From Vitrella brassicaformis CCMP3155 (taxonomy: Eukaryota; Protista; Chromerida), in NCBI GenBank assembly GCA_001179505.1, contig CDMY01000562.1:186001-250000 (forward strand): DNA of 64,000 nt, given 5' to 3'. A program made the position numbers and the translations under genes. The notes under the pieces are model-generated. The model ran no database searches. It worked only from the letters and a program-made list of their open reading frames with translations, and had not been told where the DNA came from. Positions 57,084 to 64,000 of the stretch are shown here, one piece after another. The number at the start of each line of letters is the position of its first letter. Positions within the stretch are counted from its first letter, which is position 1.

Positions 57084-58025
57084 ATGAGTGCGTCATCCGT
57101 GAGCCGACTGGCCAAAAGGACGCTCCTCGTCAGGAAAACACCGTTTCTTGCAAACGGCGCTGCTGCTGCTCGAGTTGCGTGTGTCACCGTCGATGGTCAA
57201 GGCTGCGGCCAGCAGCAAGGTGCCCCTGTTGCTCATCACTGCCAGTCTGCACGTCTGCAGGTAGGCGAAATCAAAAGAAGCAATCTCGTGACCTCGCCAG
57301 CGAGATTGACTCATCGCCCTCTTGCTTGGCTGCAGGGCCGGCAGAGGAACAGGATGGATGGCCTGTCGGTGGCGCTCACATCTGCCATGGTAAGAAGCGG
57401 AGAGAAAGATCCGCATTATCCGCTCCACTGTCTGCTTGATTGTCTGTCAATCTACTAGACGCCGTCCGTGCGCATGGCTTTTGAAAAGGCGATGGAGGGT
57501 CAGACCTTATCCCAGGGCTGTCCCTCCGGCAAGCCGTCCAAGAGCGTCATTTCTCCCTGCCGCATCACGCACAATCAGCCCCTCCGTGCCCCATCGCCCC
57601 GCCAATCCACGACACAGACGCCAGTGCGCCAAGGTGGGTGGGCCCAGGAAATGCATCATCGTCAGAGATGTGGGTGTTTCCATCCATCCATCCATCCATC
57701 CATCCCTCTCTCTGTGTGTGTGTGTGCGTGTGTGTGTAGGTTGGTGTGATGGTGAGGTGCGCGAGGGTCCTGGTTACGGTGCGGTTGTGGGGTATTCGCT
57801 CAAGTCCTGGAGAGGCGACTACCGGGTCAAGATGTATCGGAGAGAACTGGTGAGTGATATATAAGGGAATGAGGGAATGAGACGAGAAAGAACGGGCTTC
57901 CCAACTCCCCTCTTTCCACTCTCCTGTGTTAACGTGCACTCTGCTTTGTTCTGCCTTAGATATTCCTGATCATTTTCTTGGGAGTGTCGCTGTATTTCGC
58001 CTGGCCCAGAAGCGAGTTTGACTGA
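57084..58025 (+). CDS. Small hypothetical protein with basic N-terminal leader and C-terminal TM helix, 5 exons
   Basis: Five exons splice in frame with GT-AG: MSASSVSRLAKRTLLVRK..ARLQ-GRQRNRMDG..SAM-TPSVRMAF..RQ-GWCDG..YRREL-IFLIIFLGVSLYFAWPRSEFD*. Confidence 0.6.
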
Positions 58026-58427
58026 TTGACGCGCCGGCGACTCTCGCCTCGCCCAAGATGAAGGGGAGTCATCTGATTGATGTGTGGATGTGTGTGTGTA
58101 AGTAGTAAGTATGGAGCGAGGGGGCCAGGATGGATGGATGGATGGACTGCCAAACCTTTGTGGTGTGCCGGGTGTATCGAATCAAGTCATTCACGACAAC
58201 CACAAACGATGCAGCCCAAAGTGTCGTCCGTACATTTAGCCTGGATGTACTGTTAGCTCATGTATTGACTCTTCCTCACACGACACCTCACAAGACGGGC
58301 TCAGACTCAGACTCAGGAAGAACCACCACACCAACACCGTGCCAGCCAGTCACTGACCCACACTGCATTGGCAAGCCACACCACACCACACCCATCGACG
58401 TCTCCCTCCCTCCATCTTTCTGTCTAT

Positions 58428-61400
58428 CTATGACCCCCCCGCAGCAGCAGCAGCTGCAGCCCCCGACCTGTGCATCTCCCTCTCCCTCTCCCTCTCCCTC
58501 TCCCTCTCCCCCACACCATTCGGACTGCCGCCGATGCCCAGCTCTTCCTCTGGTGAGAGGATGTAGTCGACATCCACCAGCCGAATGCCCTCACTCGACA
58601 CGACGGGGGGCTCTGGTGGCGACACTGACAACGGCAAGTTTGCCGCTGAAGAAGGGGACGGGAGACCTGTGGGTGGGCGGTCGTCTTGGGTGGTGGCCCG
58701 TGTGACGTCTGGGCGGAGGTTGACGAGTGAGCGTTCCAGGTTCATGCCGCTGAGGCCCAACACACCCGACCGCTGAAATGCCCTGCAGGCAGGCAGACAC
58801 AGACACAGCCAGAGAGAGGAGGAAGGAGAGTATTGGGTTTGCTGTGGTTTGCTATGGTGACTGACCGACTGACTGACCATAGGCAGTATGAGAGGGCGTT
58901 GGGTTCGAAGGAATTGAGGTTGGGCAGGAAGTTGTCCTGGATGGCCGCGTACCAGAAGTGCTGCGCATAGTACTCCTGACACACACACACACACACACTC
59001 CCACGTGTCCCTCTGTCGCAGCACCTGACAGCCCGCACCCTTCCCTCACCTGTTTGGCGAACGCCCACACGAGCCCGGTGAAGTCGGTGGCCGAAAAATG
59101 AGGCATCAGAATCAGCGCCTCCTGCGCCATATCCGTCAGCAGCTGCGGCGCCGCCGCGCCCTTGCCCTGCTTGGTATACGCCCACATGACGTAGGCCACC
59201 TCCTTTGGCGTAAAGGTCGACAGCTTGGCCCGCACGTAGGGCGACGCCGCCTTGAACAGCATGTGCCTCTTGACGCCCCGCCGCGAGAAGCCCCACAGGA
59301 GGCCCATGAGGTCCTGCGAGTTGCACTCGGGCAGCAGCGAGACAGCCCGACGCGCAGCGGCATCGAAGAAGTCGGAGAGGTCGCCGTTGCTGATGGTGGT
59401 GGTGGGGATACGCGCCAGACTCCACAAAAGGTTGGACAGCTGGTGGGAACCGAAGTCTGTCGGTCTGCAGCCTCGCACAGGATGCCCGTCTTGGTCTCTC
59501 TTTCTCTTTCTCTCTCTCTCTCTCCTTCACTGACCTTCTGAGAAATTCGTGGACGACTGTCATGGGTAGGCGTGTGTCCACGAGACCGATGCGTACGGTG
59601 ACCAGGAGGGCGTTGGTGAGCTGCCAAGCCGCCAGCGCATCGGCGTGCTGGGACACCAGACGGGCCAACCTCGCGCCCACCGTACGATGCCGGTCTGGCT
59701 CGCCCGCCCATCAGACAGCCACACATACGACAACACACGTGTGTCTGTGTCTGTGTCTGTGTCTGTGTGTGTGTGTCTGTGTGTGTGTTGTGAGTAGCGT
59801 ACCATTGAGCTCTTTGGGGTCCAGTGCGGCGAATGCGGAGCAGATGGCCGAGAGGTGTGCGATGGTGAATTCGTGCAGCCGCATCACGACCACCTGTAGA
59901 GCGGGCTCACGGAACCTCGAGGGAAAGTGCTGCCATCCACCACGCGCGCACACACACACACACAACACAGACAGACACACAGCCACTTTGAGCCAGGTCG
60001 ACACAGACAGACAGACAGACAGAAAGGTGCGTATACCTTGACTTTCTGCAGGCTCCAGATGAGCATGGCCAGGACGTGTGGCGAGAGGTCGAGCAGCCGT
60101 GGGTGAAAGACGTTGATGGCAAGGTTCCAGATGGCCCGCTCGTGCACCTGCAGCCGGCCCAGCGACAGCAGCATTCCCGCAAAGTCGTAGTCGCTCATCT
60201 CGCCATTGCGAACCAAACTCTTCGTCACCTGCACACGACACACACGACAGGCGCTCTGGGTTGATGGCATGGCATGGCATGGCTGGGTGTGGTGTGGTGT
60301 GGGAGATCAGATCGTTAGTCTGACTGACCTCCACGAGTACGACAAACAGGGGCTCATCGAAGACGCCAGCAGTGGCGAAGCTCCAAGCGATGTTGGTAAC
60401 ATCGTTGCCGCCGAGCTCCCGCTGCCGCCTCCGCAGCACAGTGGCCGCCCGGTGGAACAGCGGGGCCACAAGCTGCTCGTCGCTGTCGTCGGGATCTGCG
60501 CCTGGGTCTGTGTCCCTCTGTTGGTGTGCTGTGGCCAAGGACGGCTCGGCGTCGGTCCACCTGACGCCCCGCGCATAGCCTGACTTGCTCGTAACCCACA
60601 GCAGACGCCGAAGCTGCATGCCATGCAGACAGACACACATGGAGGTCCGTCCAGTCCACACACGAAGGCCAGTGTGCTGTGCGAGGCTCCTCTTCCTCAC
60701 ACACACCGACCCACCCCACCTACCGTTGGGATATCCATCTTGTCAAGCACGGCGAAGTCGTTTTTTGCGACGTAGCGCAAAGCCAGGTCGAGCAGACGAT
60801 CGTCCCCCTGATGCCGACCCAGCAGCACATAAGCGGCGAGGGTCCTCCCCAGGTGGGACAGCGGCGCCTTGGTGATGGCCCGCCTCAGCGGCGCCTCGAG
60901 TGCGTCGAGGATCTGGGGGCACTCAATGGCGTGGCGGTAGAAGAGCTGCAGTAACTGGCAGACCGCCTGGGGCGGCCAGGTGCCAAACCCCTCGTCGAGC
61001 ATCCTCCGGAACATGCTGGCGAGCAGCTGGGTGTGAGCGTCGAGGCGGCCCATCTTGCCGAGCGAGTGGAGCACCCCCGTGTAGGTCAGTGCGCTCACAT
61101 ACGTCCCCCGGTCCTCCATATACCCACCCAGCACCCTGCACGCGCTCTCAACTGCCGCCTCCACCCACGGCTCGTCAACAGGGACCTCCGCCATGGCCAG
61201 GCCGTGGACGGCCCGCATCGCCAGGAATGGTGTGACGCCGTCGCTCTGGGGGTGCGGTCTGTCCATGCGGCGAGTGGCGGTTTCTGCGAGGGTGCGGGTG
61301 AGGGTGTGGTTGGAGCGGCCTATCGCTGAGAGGATCTGGGTGAGGTGGTAGAAGCGCAGCTGGGGGGCCGCATCAGCCACGAGGGCGTGCAGCCGGGCAA

Positions 61401-63793
61401 TGACCTGGTCGTCCTTAAGACTGCATCAATCATCACAAAAGCAAGGGACACACAAAGGGACAGAGGCTCTCGTGTCAGATAGGACAGGTGGCTTCCCTTC
61501 CCTTCCCTTGTGCGCTTGGTAACTTACGGCTGTGTGTTGGTGCTCTTGATGAGCCGGAGCAATGTCTCCTGGGTCACCATGCTGTATCTCCCTTCAGCAG
61601 CCGCCTGACGCTGCAGCGCGTCCATAGCACTGACACACACATACACGCGCACAGACACACACGCACACACACCCCGATTTGCAGTCATCTCATCCACCCC
61701 ATCACTGCAGTGGTGTGGTGACGTGAGTGAGGTTACCCTACCTGTGCACGACTCCGGTTGACAGCTCGCCGAGGTCGGCCAGCTGCTCGACGGTGCTGGA
61801 CAGCTCGATGGCCGGCACCCCGCCCAGCTGGGTGCACCGCTGCAGCTGCTCGTGCAGCACGTCCCAGAACTGACACACAACACACACACACACACACAGA
61901 CACCGACACACACATAGAAACACAGATAGAAACCCACCACACCGACCTGACTCAAGTCGGGCTGCCCGTCCTCTCGCGCGTGTAAGGGCATCCTCTGCTG
62001 CCTCGCCAGCACGCCCGTCTGCCGCACGACTTCCCGGTGCACATGAAGCGTCGTCAGCACCTGGTTCAGCATGTCGAAGCCGTAGTCACGGAGCCGCCGC
62101 AAGATGGCCGACAGAACCGCCCGCAAGACCTTGGTGTCGGCGATGCCCGAGTCCAGGCAAACGCGCAGGAGGTTGTTGAGCTGGAAGGGCTTGAGGTAGT
62201 CGACGGCGTCGAGGGTCTTCTGCACGGGGGCGATGAACGTGTCCTTGGTCATGACGGTGCTGCCCGGCCGGTAGCCGGCTTTGCAGAGGGCCAGGAGGGT
62301 GATGAGGGTTTCTGTGGCGTCCATCGAAGGGAACTTGTAGCGCAGGCCGCGGAGGACCCAATCCGCCAGGTCGAGCTTACGTGCAGAGGCCAAGATGATC
62401 GACAGGCAATTCAACGGGTCATCTGGTCGATCAGCACAAGCACACAAGGCTGACTGCCTGACGCCACACCCTTCCCTCTCCCCCTCCCTCCCTCCCTCCC
62501 GCCCTCCCTACCGCTGAAGTCGATGAGCCTCCGCTGCGCACTGGTGACCACCTTCTTGATCCTCTCCTCCCCGCCCCCCTCGCTCCCACCGGCCACCGCC
62601 GCCTGCGCCACGCTGCTCAGCGCATGGGGCGACAGACCAAAGACGCCATCCGACATTACACGCCACAGCCCGTCCTCCACCTCACACAACACGCCCTCGT
62701 CCACATCTGCCAGAGGCTCATCTGTCCACAGCCCGGACTCTCCTCGCGACGATGGTGCCGGTGGCTGGAACTCTTGCTCGGCGAAGGCCTTCCACCTTAA
62801 CCGGGCGACGCACTGGAGCAGCCGGGCCGACGGTGTGCCGTCTTCCGCCAGGGCGGAGTAGGTCTGCCGCACGTCAACGTCGGTATCGTCTTGCTGATTC
62901 GGGCCGGCGTGATCCGTGTGCTCCTCCAGCTCCAGCCGCCGGGCCACGTGGTGCAGCACCGCCTCCAGGAGCCTCTGTGCCGGCCTGTGGTTGAGCAGCG
63001 GCCGGTTGAACGCCAGCATCCACGCGAGCCTCGACACCTCCCTCCACACGATGGGCTCCTGCAGCGGGAACACCTGGGTGGCCTGCTTCACCGACTCGGT
63101 CACCATGTCCACCAGCCGCACAAACCTGGCGTCGCTGAAGGCCTTGGACGCGGCAAGCGCCTCGAACCGCACTCTTTGGCCGGCCCTGGCGGCCCTCCTG
63201 ACGTCCGTCATGGCCCGCTTAACGACCTGCAGCAGGCAGTCGACCTGAAGCGAGGGCGTGGCGAGGGATGAGTCGTCGATCTGCTCGAGGCAGGAGGCGA
63301 CGCGGCGACGACGGCCATGATGCATGGGCGGGGACAGGGGGGCGGGAGAGTGACGGGGAGAGGGAACTCCGCGATTATCGTCGCCTGGTAGTGGCGTGGA
63401 AGACGCAAGCAGAGGATGTGGCCGCTTGGAGCGCCTGGTAATGTGACGCCGCTGTTGGATGGACAGACCAGCCGGCGGACGGATGAATGCTGCGCCCGCG
63501 CTCCTGCCGCTGAAGGTCCGCCTCCTCCATTCCCTCCAGTGCGGAGCGGTTTCGCTGTCCATGGCACTCCAGCCATCCCTCGACAGCAGGGAGCCGAGCA
63601 GCGGATCTCGCGATGCAGAACGCCTGATCCTCTGTGGGCGGGGTGAGGGGTGCTGTGGCTCCAGCAGGATGGGCAGCTGATACTGCTGAGGGGAGAGCAA
63701 GCCGCCGCTGCTGCCTTGAGTGATGGCGCCGATACCGACGGCCATCATCACCATGCTGACAGCGACGTGGAGCAAGATCAGCTGCCGCTTCAT
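58428..63793 (-). CDS. Large helical-repeat (HPR/OPR-like) organellar RNA-binding protein with signal peptide and transit-like leader, multi-exon
   Basis: Repeats QLSNLLWSLAR, QDLMGLLWGFSR, KEVAYVMWAYTK, TDFTGLVWAFAK, NALSYCLW, NDVTNIAWSFAT and HVLAMLIWSLQK, with W-to-W spacing of 37, 39 and 38 aa in the last array. Leader MKRQLILLHVAVSMVMMAVGIGA. Confidence 0.8.
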
Positions 63794-64000
63794 TCAAACC
63801 ATGAGGCTGGAGATCTGATCCACTTCATCACCGCATTCTGTTAAAAGCCAGGGTTTGAGGGGTGAAGGGTTTTGGGACCTTTCGAGGGTGAGGCAATGGA
63901 GTGACCTGACAGACCAGCTCTCGGTGTTGACATGAGCAAGGGAAATCGTCTCTTGACCAGGGAAAGCGTCAGCCCATCACATCGGTCCATCCCATCACCG

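Overview
Intron-rich, GC-rich eukaryotic nuclear DNA with microsatellite-filled spliceosomal introns and four 300-N assembly gaps. AP2-like domains, a Rab11B-like GTPase, HPR-type repeats, bipartite plastid leaders and ciliary genes suggest a photosynthetic, flagellated myzozoan alveolate such as the chromerid Vitrella (inference). I reconstructed about 19 genes by hand-splicing: an LSD1-type flavin amine oxidase with four AP2-like domains (cut by the left edge), SNAP25-like SNARE, RibD/PyrD, a tandem PD-(D/E)XK-like protein, Rab11B-like GTPase, D-lactate dehydrogenase, lactate permease, CAF1, DNAAF4, a divergent histone H4, a NIPA transporter, B9D1, a bacterial-type branching enzyme, a longin R-SNARE, a TKL kinase, PetM-like protein, an HPR/OPR protein and two hypotheticals. 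Standouts: (1) a head-to-head D-LDH plus lactate permease pair bracketed by ~1.15-kb inverted repeats and outer direct repeats; (2) an AP2-like x4 + AT-hook + LSD1-like fusion whose four repeats share one intron position; (3) an H4 variant lacking K20 and the C-terminal GFGG; (4) eight head-to-head gene pairs with 144-514 bp between start codons. No database searches were possible, so family calls rest on motif recognition.
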